A stretch of 35,885 nucleotides of DNA from a virus (lineage: Duplodnaviria; Caudoviricetes), in IMG/VR virus record IMGVR_UViG_3300033507_000016, positions 1 to 35,885 of that record; one strand, 5' to 3'. Position numbers and translations under genes: made by a program. Positions 23,632 through 32,744 of this stretch are shown here, in pieces. The first letter of the stretch is position 1. Every line of letters starts with the position of its first letter. The notes beneath the pieces are model-generated. The model was not told the origin of the DNA and ran no database searches. It worked only from the letters and a program-made list of their open reading frames with translations.

Positions 23632-24073
23632 TTTAGAAGGTATGGGCTTAGAGCAATTGAAAGATTTTGAAATGCAACTGACTAAAAAGAAAATCGAACT
23701 ATTACAAAGTGATGTCATTAAGTTGGCAAACAAAGCAGACCAACATGAACTCGCTATAAAAGAAGTTGAGACAAAGACGGATTATTTAAAAGAGAATCTC
23801 ACAGTTGATACAAAAGGTGCTAATAAGGTTCATCGACTTGGAAAATTAAAGGTTACAGAAGTGTTAGGTGGTAAAGATTCTGTGGCCTACAAAGAATTAT
23901 CACGCAAGGTATTTTCTAACTTTTGGTGCTACTATTGCTACAGAATGAAAATAACTAGTTACAGGGACACAAAAGCCGAACAAATGAATGAAGCAGAAGA
24001 ATTTATAGAAAACTGGAAACCTAAAAAACAATTGCAAGAAGAAATTGACTTACTTAATTTAATTATAGAATAA
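23615..24073 (+). CDS. ORF6C-domain (antirepressor-associated) protein
   Basis: VTEVLGGKDS.AYK...KVFS......ITSYRD......EA.EFIENWKP motif. Confidence 0.8.
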   Translation: MNQLINLEGMGLEQLKDFEMQLTKKKIELLQSDVIKLANKADQHELAIKEVETKTDYLKENLTVDTKGANKVHRLGKLKVTEVLGGKDSVAYKELSRKVFSNFWCYYCYRMKITSYRDTKAEQMNEAEEFIENWKPKKQLQEEIDLLNLIIE

Positions 24074-24075
24074 AC

Positions 24076-24112
24076 AAAGGCCACTCAGTCTATTGTAGAT
24101 TAAGTGGCCTTT
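24076..24112. terminator. Bidirectional terminator between convergent early and lysis operons
   Basis: AAAGGCCACT...AGTGGCCTTT long stem. Confidence 0.75.
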
Positions 24113-24157
24113 CTATGCTATTAGCATAATCAGCTAGTTAAGTAGCTCTAGCAAGCT

Positions 24158-24352
24158 CTATGATAACCCTTCTGTGTCGGGATTACCTAGCACACCTATT
24201 GATATACCGATGGTACAAATAAGATTGATGATGGTGTCGTACTGCTCCAGGTCGATGTTAACACCGAATGTCTTGATTAGCAGAGCAATAGCAGAAGCCA
24301 CGGCGATTAATGTAGTGGTGTTAGTTAGACGTTTTAAAATTAGTTTTAGCAT
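24158..24352 (-). CDS. Holin (two transmembrane segments)
   Basis: KRL.N...LIA..SAI.L and IGVLGNPDTEG holin-type motifs, downstream of the endolysin. Confidence 0.8.
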   Translation of the reverse strand: MLKLILKRLTNTTTLIAVASAIALLIKTFGVNIDLEQYDTIINLICTIGISIGVLGNPDTEGLS

Positions 24353-24360
24353 GATACCCC

Positions 24361-24936
24361 CTATTTACTTAGCTTAACAATAAATTCACCGAAGTATTGT
24401 TCGATGCTGTCCACCGTTTTACCGTGAGCGATACGAGAACGGATCACTTCCACCCAATCATCAGCGCTAGTCATCTTTGCTCTAACAATCTTTTCCCACT
24501 CGGGTACAGGTACAGGAATAGGAGTAACCGTACCAACCTTGTTCACAATACCGATGTGTTGTGTTGGCTCAACGTGTGCCCCATTAACCCATACTTCAAA
24601 GTGTAGATGTGGGCCTGAACCAATACCAGTGTTGCCCATTATGCCAATTTGCTCGCCTTGTTTGACTAACTGGCCAACTTTGCAAGATGTGCTTTCTAGG
24701 TGAAAATACTTTGTAATCTTACCGTCAATGTGTGTGATGGTTACATAACGGCCAGCACTATCTTTGTTAGCATTTAGATTGACACTACGGATAGTGCCAC
24801 CCTCTGATGCACATACAACCTTGTCATTGATGACAAAATCTACACCCTTATGAACAGTCGATGCCCCAGGTACTGGCGCTTTACGTGGGCCATACGGACT
24901 TGTAAGACGTGCACTTGATTTGAATGGTGTTTTCAT
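24361..24936 (-). CDS. Endolysin, M23 family metallopeptidase
   Basis: TSPYGPR, HKGVD, YFHL and GNTG.GSGPHLHFEV motifs. Confidence 0.92.
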   Translation of the reverse strand: MKTPFKSSARLTSPYGPRKAPVPGASTVHKGVDFVINDKVVCASEGGTIRSVNLNANKDSAGRYVTITHIDGKITKYFHLESTSCKVGQLVKQGEQIGIMGNTGIGSGPHLHFEVWVNGAHVEPTQHIGIVNKVGTVTPIPVPVPEWEKIVRAKMTSADDWVEVIRSRIAHGKTVDSIEQYFGEFIVKLSK

Positions 24937-24944
24937 GTTACCCC

Positions 24945-25229
24945 CTATAGTTTGTTAATCATCCAAGTGGCTACATACGTGCCTATAGATGCCACGATTG
25001 CAGAGAAGAATACCAACTTTAGACGTTCATACCTTGCGCTTGGTTGTGAGTTTATTTTGTTGAGTTCGCCAGTAAGTTTATTGACCTCGACTAGAATCAT
25101 GCCAACCTGTACCTTGATGGTCATTAATAGGTCGTGATCTTCTGCCGTGGTGTTTCTAACCCTTTCGAGTTCTCGCTCTAAGCTGTCAATCTTAGCGGCG
25201 CTTGAACATACGTGAATAGTCTCTCCCAT
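24945..25229 (-). CDS. Coiled-coil protein with C-terminal transmembrane helix (XhlA/holin-like)
   Basis: Heptad region followed by LVFFSAIVASIGTYVATW, directly upstream of the endolysin. Confidence 0.65.
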   Translation of the reverse strand: MGETIHVCSSAAKIDSLERELERVRNTTAEDHDLLMTIKVQVGMILVEVNKLTGELNKINSQPSARYERLKLVFFSAIVASIGTYVATWMINKL

Positions 25230-25231
25230 AA

Positions 25232-25303
25232 CTATTTCCCCCTTGGCTTAGGTGGCTTAGGTGGCTTAGGTGGCTTAGGTGGCTTAGGTGGTTTTCTTGG
25301 CAT
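25232..25303 (-). CDS. 23-aa Pro/Lys-rich peptide MPRK(PPK)5PRGK
   Basis: Manual translation. AGGGGG RBS 8 nt upstream, exactly fills the gap between neighbours, and stops 2 nt before the next ATG. Confidence 0.6.
   Translation of the reverse strand: MPRKPPKPPKPPKPPKPPKPRGK
25245..25289. repeat. Perfect 9-bp tandem repeat (GGCTTAGGT)x5
   Basis: Read directly from the sequence. It encodes the PPK units. Confidence 0.95.
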
Positions 25304-25306
25304 CGG

Positions 25307-25531
25307 TTAATCCCCCTTGTTAGAATTCTCGTTTATGTTCCGGTTGACATTTTCAGTTCTGTAATCATAAGCGTAAGTCATGTGTGTAGAGTAGGCAGAA
25401 CACAATCCTAAAACAATGAACGCTGTACACAAGATGATTGATAAGCATGTTGTCAGGTGTCTATTGAGTTTGTTGGTCTGCTCTACAGCCTTGTTAGCTA
25501 GCTTCAATGTTTCCAAGATTGCTTCGTCCAT
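25307..25531 (-). CDS. Small single-pass membrane protein
   Basis: Hydrophobic LTTCLSIILCTAFIVLGLCSAY, GGAGG RBS. Confidence 0.7.
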   Translation of the reverse strand: MDEAILETLKLANKAVEQTNKLNRHLTTCLSIILCTAFIVLGLCSAYSTHMTYAYDYRTENVNRNINENSNKGD

Positions 25532-25560
25532 ATGATACCTCCGTTTTACTAAGTGTATCA

Positions 25561-25586
25561 GAAAAGAGAGGGGTGATAAACCCCCG
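25561..25586 (-). terminator. Probable terminator after the 1482-aa gene, abutting an extended -10 (TG-A-TACACT, 25560-25552) for the lysis genes
   Basis: GGGGGT-TTATC-ACCCCT followed by CTCTTTTC. Confidence 0.5.
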
Positions 25587-25593
25587 TGTGAGA

Positions 25594-28500
25594 TTATTTG
25601 TTACTTTCTACCTTAAAACCGTAAATAGATTTTAAAATATTGTCCCTTTCTTTTTTATCGAGTTGTATTTTTTTCAACACATCGGTTATGTCGTCTTTCT
25701 TTTTAGCGTCAACCTCTCTTACAGCTTGCATTGCTTTTAAAATGTCCTTTAAAAGTATATCTTTATCTTTTGATAGTGCAATCGCATTAGCTGTTTGAAC
25801 CTCTCCAAAAGGAACACCACTACCTTTGTAAAACTCTCTAACTTCTTTTGGTGCGCTACCACCAAATAAAGCAGCTTGTAATAGTTTAGTAGGGGTTACA
25901 TCAACACCGGTTCTGATTTTACCTGTTTTAGTGACAGACGCTTCTAATTTTTCTTTTGATGACTTAGTTTTAATAACTGGTATGTCTTTTTTCTTGGTGT
26001 CTTTGCGTTCCTCTTCTGACATTACATTCCAAGTAGCTTGTCTCTCTGCATCTTGTTCTTGTTTCGTTGTCGGAATCATAACCTTTTGAGGTAAAACACC
26101 TGTTGTTTTTAGTCCGGAAATTGTTTTAGAAACCTGAGAACCACCAAATGGCAACAATAAATTTTTAACAGGGTCTTGTATTGCTTTTACAATAGGCGAA
26201 CCTGTTCCGAATCGTGTTGGGTCTTGTTCTCCACCGTACAAATCTTTTCTTGATGGAGATTTATAATCACCAACACTAAAGCCGTACTCTGGGTACATAG
26301 ATGCTACGGAAGAACCCAACGGAACACTCCCTAAAACTTCTGCACCCAAATAACCAGGCACTTTAACAAACTTATCACCAAAGTCACCTTCACCTTCAAA
26401 TGCGTTTTGAATAGAACGAATAGGGTCAAATACAACACCGCTACCTCTTACGGACTCAATAGCATTATTTAAATAATAATTAGACACATAAAGTATTGCT
26501 AAAGCTGCAAGATCTTTTTTCTTTAAAAAATCCTTTTGAACCTTTAATAGATTATTAACCTCTAATGTAAAAGGCGCTATTGCTTGGTATAATTTTGATT
26601 GTTGCAATACAGGCACTTCACCAATCCCTCTACCAGCAATCAGCTTTCTTGTGATATCATCTGCGTATTTAATTGGATTTTCTACACCGTCAGCAATTGC
26701 TTTTCTGTAATTCATAGACCAAATAAACTTAGAACCAGTTTCATCTAAAGCACCAAGCAACCACCCAGCTAACTTTTTAGGCTGATCTATTATCTTTGTG
26801 TCAAACTGAGAAAATGAATGGGTAAGCCTTTCTTTTAAAAAGTCAGACTGTTTGTAAAGAACATCATCACCAGCGCCAACTACAGATTTGAAATACCCGT
26901 CAAGTCCTCCAACTATGTGTTTGGGGTTCTTGACATGTGCTAATCCTTGCGGAATGTTTGCTATTTGTGACAATGATGACGAAAGATTGCCTAGAACTGC
27001 ATTTGATTTAACTCTAGAATTCAACATATTAAGCACAGAAAATGCTTTTCTACCAATTAAATCTTGAACCGTTCTGTCAAATTTGTTGGTTTTACCACTT
27101 AGACCGTTTGCAAATTCATCGAGATAACCTATAAAATTATTAATGTTTTTGGTTTCTTCCGTTGCGTTTGCAAGTTGGTTTCTTAGTATTCTAAAATTAT
27201 TTATTTGTGGGTCTATATGTTTTGCATACGTCCCAGCCCTAACATAGTCTAGAAATCCTCCAACGGCATCATCAGTAAATTCAGCATTTCCCGTTCTTCT
27301 TTGCTTAAAACTAGCCCACTTCTCGCCAGGTCTTGTAAACTCTGATAAGCCTTCTAATCTAGGACTTATCAATTGATTACTCTCAAATATGTTTTTAATA
27401 CCTTGAAAACTATCACCCATTTCTTTGTAATGTCTATAATAATCACTACGTTGCGGAATAACTTCTTTACCTTGCTCTACTCTAGGCGCATTTATTTCAC
27501 TTAGCAAAGCGTCATATCGTTCTCTAAACCACTTGTCAGCTTCTACAATTTTATCAGCTTTATCTTTTCCGAATTTAGAAACAACATCCTCGTAAGTTAT
27601 TCTGCCTTCACCAAATTGCTGGACAGTTGCACTCTCTTTAGAACCTTTTTTAATTCCAAGATTATCAACAATATCTGTTTTTAACTTGTTTGTCAGAAAA
27701 ACTTCATCGTCAATTCTTGCTCCCTTTGCTCTGTCAAATGGGTCTAAAATAGATTTCTTTATTTCTACAAACTTATCGCCAAACACCTTTTCAAAGTTTC
27801 TATAAACGTCAGTTGTCCATCTGCTAGTAGTGCCCAAATCTTTTAATTTAGGTATATCATTAATGGATGATTTTATAGATTCTTCGACTCTGGTTTTGTA
27901 ATTAGTTTTTGGTATTTCATCTAAACTTGCAGATGTTCTGGCTATGTCTGTAGGTTCCATTTCAACTGCCATTGATTTAGTATTAACTTTTGGAATGTCA
28001 ACGTCTAGTGTAGGAGAATCAGTTCTAGGCGCATTCATTTCAGCGCCCATACTAGTTGTCCTAGATTCATCGCCAAACGCTTTTAACCGTGATTCTAGGT
28101 CTGTGGTAGGTGCTTTAGACGCTTGTGCTTCTTCAACCAATCGTCTAGCAATTATTTCACCTTCTTCTCTAGTCACTTGACCGCTACGAACTTTGTTACC
28201 AAGGTCTATTAGGCGTTGTTCTGCTAGTTCGTTATGTGTGATAGTGCGTGGTACTTCTTTGGTTACTTTAGCCGAAAAGTCAAACGGTTCAGATAATTTT
28301 TGTTGCTTAATTACTTGGCTTGGTTCAAACGCAATATAAGATTTACCGCCAAACTCAACATCATCAAGCAATTCAATTCCATCATAGCCTTTTGATTTTA
28401 ATTCACTTACAAGTTTATCTGCGGATTTGTTTTTTAGCTTTGATTTTAATTCGTTTGTTGATTTTAGCACTAATGGATTTTTTATATCTAAATCAAATTG

Positions 28501-30042
28501 TTTAGAAAACAAACTGCCTGTTTCTTTTTTTAGGTCTTTGTCAGAAAACCAAAATCCTAATTCTGCTGTTTTTATAGCTGTTTTGTCGTCTGTGTTTGAT
28601 CTTGTGTTTCTTCCTAGGAAAGAACGATCAAATGTATCAAATTCATAATCTGTAACGTGGTAAGCTTTTTTATATGTGCTTTGTTTAGGTAAAAGTGTTG
28701 GCGTTTTCGGTTGAATCACTCTAGATTGTGATGGTGCTGGTAACGCTAATCTACCACTAGGAATATCAATCGGCATTTCTGCCTGTGCAAGTGATTTGCT
28801 AGCTGTGCCTTGTGGGTTGACGTAAATTGGACGTTTACCAGGTAGTTGTAAGTCAGGAACATTTGCTCTAGGTTTAACGCCACGTTGAACATTATCAGAT
28901 AGTAATTGTAGCGGTTTAGGGTTGCCACTCTCTAATGCTTTAAATGCGTCTGTAACGGTTTTTTGGTCAACACCTAAGTTAGACATTGACTTTAAAGCAT
29001 CTGCGCTAGAAAGTGCCTTCTTGAAGGCCTTGACACCTTCTGCACCGCCACCGATAGCACCGTTAAATAAAACAGACAATGCCATGTTCTCTCCCCATGA
29101 TTTAGCAAACTCACCGAATGTACTACCATTGTTGATTGCTTTAACAACTTCCTGTGGTGTCTGAATAGCCACGTCAACACCTAACTCAAGTGCTTGTTTA
29201 CCAGCAAAGGCACCAATAGCACCTTTACCAAGTCCGAGTAATGCTTTGCCAGCTTTAGTAGCACCGATAACAGGTGATGCGATAGCGTATGTTAGGCCTT
29301 GACCAGTTAATCCACCAGTGATAGCACCAGCAGTAGCTGACTTAGGAAACTTTGCTTGACCTTCTGCAATAGCTTCTTTGTTCTCTTTATACATTGGAGC
29401 AGAACCGCCAAACGGAACGCCTTTCCAAAACCCACTAGCAAAAGCACCTTGCTTAGTTCTAGCTGCATAATCATTAGCTTGTTTACGTTCTTCAGGAGTA
29501 GGTTTAGCACCAACACCAAGTAACACTTCTTGTATACGCTTACTAGGTTTATCGTCAGCAATAACTTTATCAAGTGGTTTTAGTGGTGTTTTACCTAAAA
29601 AACTAGGCATAATGCTAGCTTTAGGCGACTGGTAAGACCCTTGCATGTTAATTTTAGGTTGTTCAGCTACAAATTTAGGCATAATACCTGGCATCTTTGG
29701 TGCATTAGCTACATTAATTGCAGATTGCTGTGACTGTACTTGCTTTTTAAATTTGTCTTGCTCTGCTTTTTTAGTAGCAACTTGAACTGGAGATGACTCA
29801 TATTCTTTGTACGCCTGTGTTTGTTTAGCCATCGTTGCACTACCATAAACATTCAACTCTTGAGAACTGATATATTTATTCATTTCATTACGCGAATTAG
29901 GGCCAATTTTATCAATTGGAAACATATTGTTCTTTAAACCGAACTTCCAAAACTTATATTTGTTAGGTTCTGTTAGTTGATCATAGACAGATTTATCTTT
30001 AAGAACACTACTCCATTGATTTTTATCTGTTTGACTTGCCAT
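25594..30042 (-). CDS. Large internal virion (ejection) / polyvalent protein with an ART-PolyVal-like domain
   Basis: 1482 aa at the end of a podovirus tail module, with Gly/Ala-rich membrane-like segments, a YHVT..FDTFD...GFWFS...LDIKNP...GYDGI...YIAFEPSQV domain and a C-terminal LLPFGGSQVSKT. Confidence 0.75.
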   Translation of the reverse strand: MASQTDKNQWSSVLKDKSVYDQLTEPNKYKFWKFGLKNNMFPIDKIGPNSRNEMNKYISSQELNVYGSATMAKQTQAYKEYESSPVQVATKKAEQDKFKKQVQSQQSAINVANAPKMPGIMPKFVAEQPKINMQGSYQSPKASIMPSFLGKTPLKPLDKVIADDKPSKRIQEVLLGVGAKPTPEERKQANDYAARTKQGAFASGFWKGVPFGGSAPMYKENKEAIAEGQAKFPKSATAGAITGGLTGQGLTYAIASPVIGATKAGKALLGLGKGAIGAFAGKQALELGVDVAIQTPQEVVKAINNGSTFGEFAKSWGENMALSVLFNGAIGGGAEGVKAFKKALSSADALKSMSNLGVDQKTVTDAFKALESGNPKPLQLLSDNVQRGVKPRANVPDLQLPGKRPIYVNPQGTASKSLAQAEMPIDIPSGRLALPAPSQSRVIQPKTPTLLPKQSTYKKAYHVTDYEFDTFDRSFLGRNTRSNTDDKTAIKTAELGFWFSDKDLKKETGSLFSKQFDLDIKNPLVLKSTNELKSKLKNKSADKLVSELKSKGYDGIELLDDVEFGGKSYIAFEPSQVIKQQKLSEPFDFSAKVTKEVPRTITHNELAEQRLIDLGNKVRSGQVTREEGEIIARRLVEEAQASKAPTTDLESRLKAFGDESRTTSMGAEMNAPRTDSPTLDVDIPKVNTKSMAVEMEPTDIARTSASLDEIPKTNYKTRVEESIKSSINDIPKLKDLGTTSRWTTDVYRNFEKVFGDKFVEIKKSILDPFDRAKGARIDDEVFLTNKLKTDIVDNLGIKKGSKESATVQQFGEGRITYEDVVSKFGKDKADKIVEADKWFRERYDALLSEINAPRVEQGKEVIPQRSDYYRHYKEMGDSFQGIKNIFESNQLISPRLEGLSEFTRPGEKWASFKQRRTGNAEFTDDAVGGFLDYVRAGTYAKHIDPQINNFRILRNQLANATEETKNINNFIGYLDEFANGLSGKTNKFDRTVQDLIGRKAFSVLNMLNSRVKSNAVLGNLSSSLSQIANIPQGLAHVKNPKHIVGGLDGYFKSVVGAGDDVLYKQSDFLKERLTHSFSQFDTKIIDQPKKLAGWLLGALDETGSKFIWSMNYRKAIADGVENPIKYADDITRKLIAGRGIGEVPVLQQSKLYQAIAPFTLEVNNLLKVQKDFLKKKDLAALAILYVSNYYLNNAIESVRGSGVVFDPIRSIQNAFEGEGDFGDKFVKVPGYLGAEVLGSVPLGSSVASMYPEYGFSVGDYKSPSRKDLYGGEQDPTRFGTGSPIVKAIQDPVKNLLLPFGGSQVSKTISGLKTTGVLPQKVMIPTTKQEQDAERQATWNVMSEEERKDTKKKDIPVIKTKSSKEKLEASVTKTGKIRTGVDVTPTKLLQAALFGGSAPKEVREFYKGSGVPFGEVQTANAIALSKDKDILLKDILKAMQAVREVDAKKKDDITDVLKKIQLDKKERDNILKSIYGFKVESNK

Positions 30043-30057
30043 GGCAACCTCTTTCTA

Positions 30058-31191
30058 TTATTCCGTAAGGAAACCTAAGTTATTCGGGTTGGTAGTTGTC
30101 TTTGGTGTTGACGTTTGTTTAGGTTTATTAGCTGTTTGTTGCTTAATTCTGAGTTCCTCTTTAGCAATCCGTTCTTTCTCAGCTTGGATTTTCTGTTTAT
30201 CAAGATATTCTTGCTCTGCTACAGCACGCTTGTAAAGTTCAGCTTCTTGTTGCGCTTTGGCTTGCTCGATACCGCTAATCTTACCCATTCTAGCTTCTGT
30301 TAGATAAGGTATGAGCCAATCGTCTGCGGTGTCTGCTGTGGATTGTCTACGGTTAATCTCAGCTTGATAGTCATTTCCATATTGCCCGATGGTATCAAGT
30401 TCACGTTGCCTAGATGTGTTTTGTTCATTCCTAGCTAACGTAATATCATCCTGAGACTTGTTATAAGCCCTCTCGTCAGCTAACTGAGCATCTTGCCTAG
30501 CGTAACCTTCTTGTTGTTGAAGTCTCGCTAGAAGGTTCTGTGCGGTCTGTGAACTTAAGTCAATGTTAGAACTTGCAATACCATAATCACGGTCACGCTG
30601 TGCATCGGATAGACGTTGACCAATACTAGCTTCTGCTGATGCTCGTTGTAAGCCTAAGTTACCCATAGCACCTTGACTGATCATGTTCTGTTCCGCTTCA
30701 CGCTGACCCATTGCGCCACTGCCTGATAATCCTTGCATAGCCAGTTGATTCTCAATAGCCTTTCTAGCCATGGTGTCTGCTACTGATAGCTGTCTACCTT
30801 GTTCTGCATACACAGGTTCGAGTGCTTGCTTTTCCGATTCTAGTCTAGCACGCTGAGTCGCAAAGGCTTGGTTAAAGTCTGCCACCTTCTTAGCTTGCTG
30901 TTGCTGTGTGATTTCTGCCATCAACTGTTCAATGGTTTTACCTTGTGGTTGTTGCGCTACCGGTGCGACTGCTGGTTGTGCCACAGGCTGAGTAACCTGT
31001 GGTTGTGCGTTAAACTGTGCTAGTTTAGTGGGGTCATTGAAAGCCCATGAACCGTTGGTTAACTGTCCACCCATTGATTGTAATTGTTGAGGTGTAAATG
31101 CCTTCTCGCCTATAGCCACCTCTTTAGTGTTAGGATTGTAACCAACTCTTAATCCTTGCTGTAGTGCGTAATCTCTTAAATTAGTCGCCAT
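30058..31191 (-). CDS. Gln/Ala-rich coiled-coil internal virion protein
   Basis: AMQGLSGSGA motif and helical Q/A/E composition, between the tail fibre and the large ejection protein. Confidence 0.65.
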   Translation of the reverse strand: MATNLRDYALQQGLRVGYNPNTKEVAIGEKAFTPQQLQSMGGQLTNGSWAFNDPTKLAQFNAQPQVTQPVAQPAVAPVAQQPQGKTIEQLMAEITQQQQAKKVADFNQAFATQRARLESEKQALEPVYAEQGRQLSVADTMARKAIENQLAMQGLSGSGAMGQREAEQNMISQGAMGNLGLQRASAEASIGQRLSDAQRDRDYGIASSNIDLSSQTAQNLLARLQQQEGYARQDAQLADERAYNKSQDDITLARNEQNTSRQRELDTIGQYGNDYQAEINRRQSTADTADDWLIPYLTEARMGKISGIEQAKAQQEAELYKRAVAEQEYLDKQKIQAEKERIAKEELRIKQQTANKPKQTSTPKTTTNPNNLGFLTE

Positions 31192-31200
31192 CTAATCACC

Positions 31201-31473
31201 TCACAAGCCAAGTAGTGTTCTAAGTTCGTTTTGTTCTGCTACACAATCCATGTCGAGTAGCTTTTTATTTGTTATTTCCATTTTCAACTCTTGTATGCGT
31301 GCTGACCTGATGTTATTTGCAATCTCTACAGGGTCGTCTACCCATGAATCGTTGATTAATACTTGTCCGACTGTACCATAAGTTCCATCGTCCAATATTT
31401 CACCATCTACAATTTCTGTAAAGGTTCTTTCTCTTGTTATTTTTCCGTTTTTAATTGTTAAAAATCTAGACAT
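31201..31473 (-). CDS. Small protein after the tail fibre (possible fibre chaperone)
   Basis: Start reassigned to MSRF behind GGAGG. The call rests on position. Confidence 0.55.
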   Translation of the reverse strand: MSRFLTIKNGKITRERTFTEIVDGEILDDGTYGTVGQVLINDSWVDDPVEIANNIRSARIQELKMEITNKKLLDMDCVAEQNELRTLLGL

Positions 31474-31490
31474 TAAAAACACCTCCACCA

Positions 31491-32735
31491 TTAATTAAAT
31501 TCTAGTAATTGCCAACTAGTTTCTCCACTTGATGCTGACCTTATAGCTATTTGAGTGCTTGATACTGGTTTTATTAAAGATGAATACATTTCTTGAACGG
31601 TTGAGTTTTGCCCTGTTCTTGTGGTAGCAATTAAAATTGTTTTTCCGATATTATACGAAGAAACGGTTATATTCTCAAAAACAAGATTACCTGATTGTAC
31701 GTAAACACCTGACTGTTTGTTTTTTACATTATTAAATTCTATAACTGTCCATTCTAAGTTTGCAACATTGTTAACCCCGTTCCCTCTTGTAAATCTTATT
31801 GTTGTAGAGTTTAATATTTCTGCAAATGTTGCCGAATTTATTGCAGATGCAGAAGTATGAAAATTTGAAATTATAATAGATTTCAATGGGTCTATTGCGC
31901 TTATTGTTACATTTACCGTGGTGAGTGTGTTAGACCAAATGTTTGAAACTGAACCATATTGAATTGATTTTATATTACTACCGCCACTAGGGCGCAAGAT
32001 AAAAAAATTATCTGCTACGCTCCTAACGAATTCCACAGGAACACCTTGTTTAAGGTCTCTAGCTTCCAAAGCTACAGGAGAACCGGAATCGTTTATCTTT
32101 CTAAGTTCTACGGCTGTCTGACCATCTACAGCAAGCGTGGCAGAACCAGTGTTTGCTACATTTGGTCTAAACATTAATCTGTTACCGTCAACAGTTAAGT
32201 CAAATGTACCGGTTGTGTCTAGTACATACGCAACAGCTGAGCCTGTAGTTGATTTAGCTTCTCTTAACATAGATAAGTTGACTGTGTTAGTGCTTGCTAC
32301 AGATGACACGCCATTAACTGTTGATGATAGTGTGGATAAGTCTGCATCAATCTCGTTGATGGCACCTGTTACACTTAGTTTTTCAGTTGTTGTAAGAGTT
32401 CCTAGGCTACCAACTTTGATGTCAGCGACTAGTTTAGAGTTGTCAATTGAGTTAGCTACGATAGTGCCAGCTTGAGCCTGTACAGCTACTAGTCTAACTT
32501 CTTCAACGGCATCAGCGACTGACAACGAAGCTAAGTTAGGATTAAGTAACCCTATCTTATTAGCGCCTTCGTTACCGTTTAATTCGGATAATAACTCAAT
32601 AGTGTAAGCTTTACCATCAACTCCGACTTTGTCAAATACGGTTTGTATTGCTGTTTCGTCACCGATTACTACAGCTGGCAACTGTTCTACATTATTCGTT
32701 GCGTATGTCGGCGGTGTAAATTGTAATTTTGCCAT
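31491..32735 (-). CDS. Tail fibre / receptor-binding protein
   Basis: VGSL.TLTT.EK.S..GAINE, ANTGSATL and repeated IKSIQYG...WTVIEFN / WQLLEFN C-terminal modules. Confidence 0.75.
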   Translation of the reverse strand: MAKLQFTPPTYATNNVEQLPAVVIGDETAIQTVFDKVGVDGKAYTIELLSELNGNEGANKIGLLNPNLASLSVADAVEEVRLVAVQAQAGTIVANSIDNSKLVADIKVGSLGTLTTTEKLSVTGAINEIDADLSTLSSTVNGVSSVASTNTVNLSMLREAKSTTGSAVAYVLDTTGTFDLTVDGNRLMFRPNVANTGSATLAVDGQTAVELRKINDSGSPVALEARDLKQGVPVEFVRSVADNFFILRPSGGSNIKSIQYGSVSNIWSNTLTTVNVTISAIDPLKSIIISNFHTSASAINSATFAEILNSTTIRFTRGNGVNNVANLEWTVIEFNNVKNKQSGVYVQSGNLVFENITVSSYNIGKTILIATTRTGQNSTVQEMYSSLIKPVSSTQIAIRSASSGETSWQLLEFN

Positions 32736-32744
32736 GTGTCCCCC

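Noticed and set aside
24114-24130. Palindrome TATGCTA-T-TAGCATA as attP or dif-like site
   Set aside because: No recombinase gene and no match to the dif consensus. It is short and sits next to a terminator.
25245-25289. CRISPR array or telomere-like repeat
   Set aside because: These are 9-bp units with no spacers and no cas genes, and they are explained as PPK codons.
25594-30042. Tape measure protein
   Set aside because: No tail tube, chaperone or Dit/Tal genes nearby. Context and motifs fit a podovirus ejection protein.
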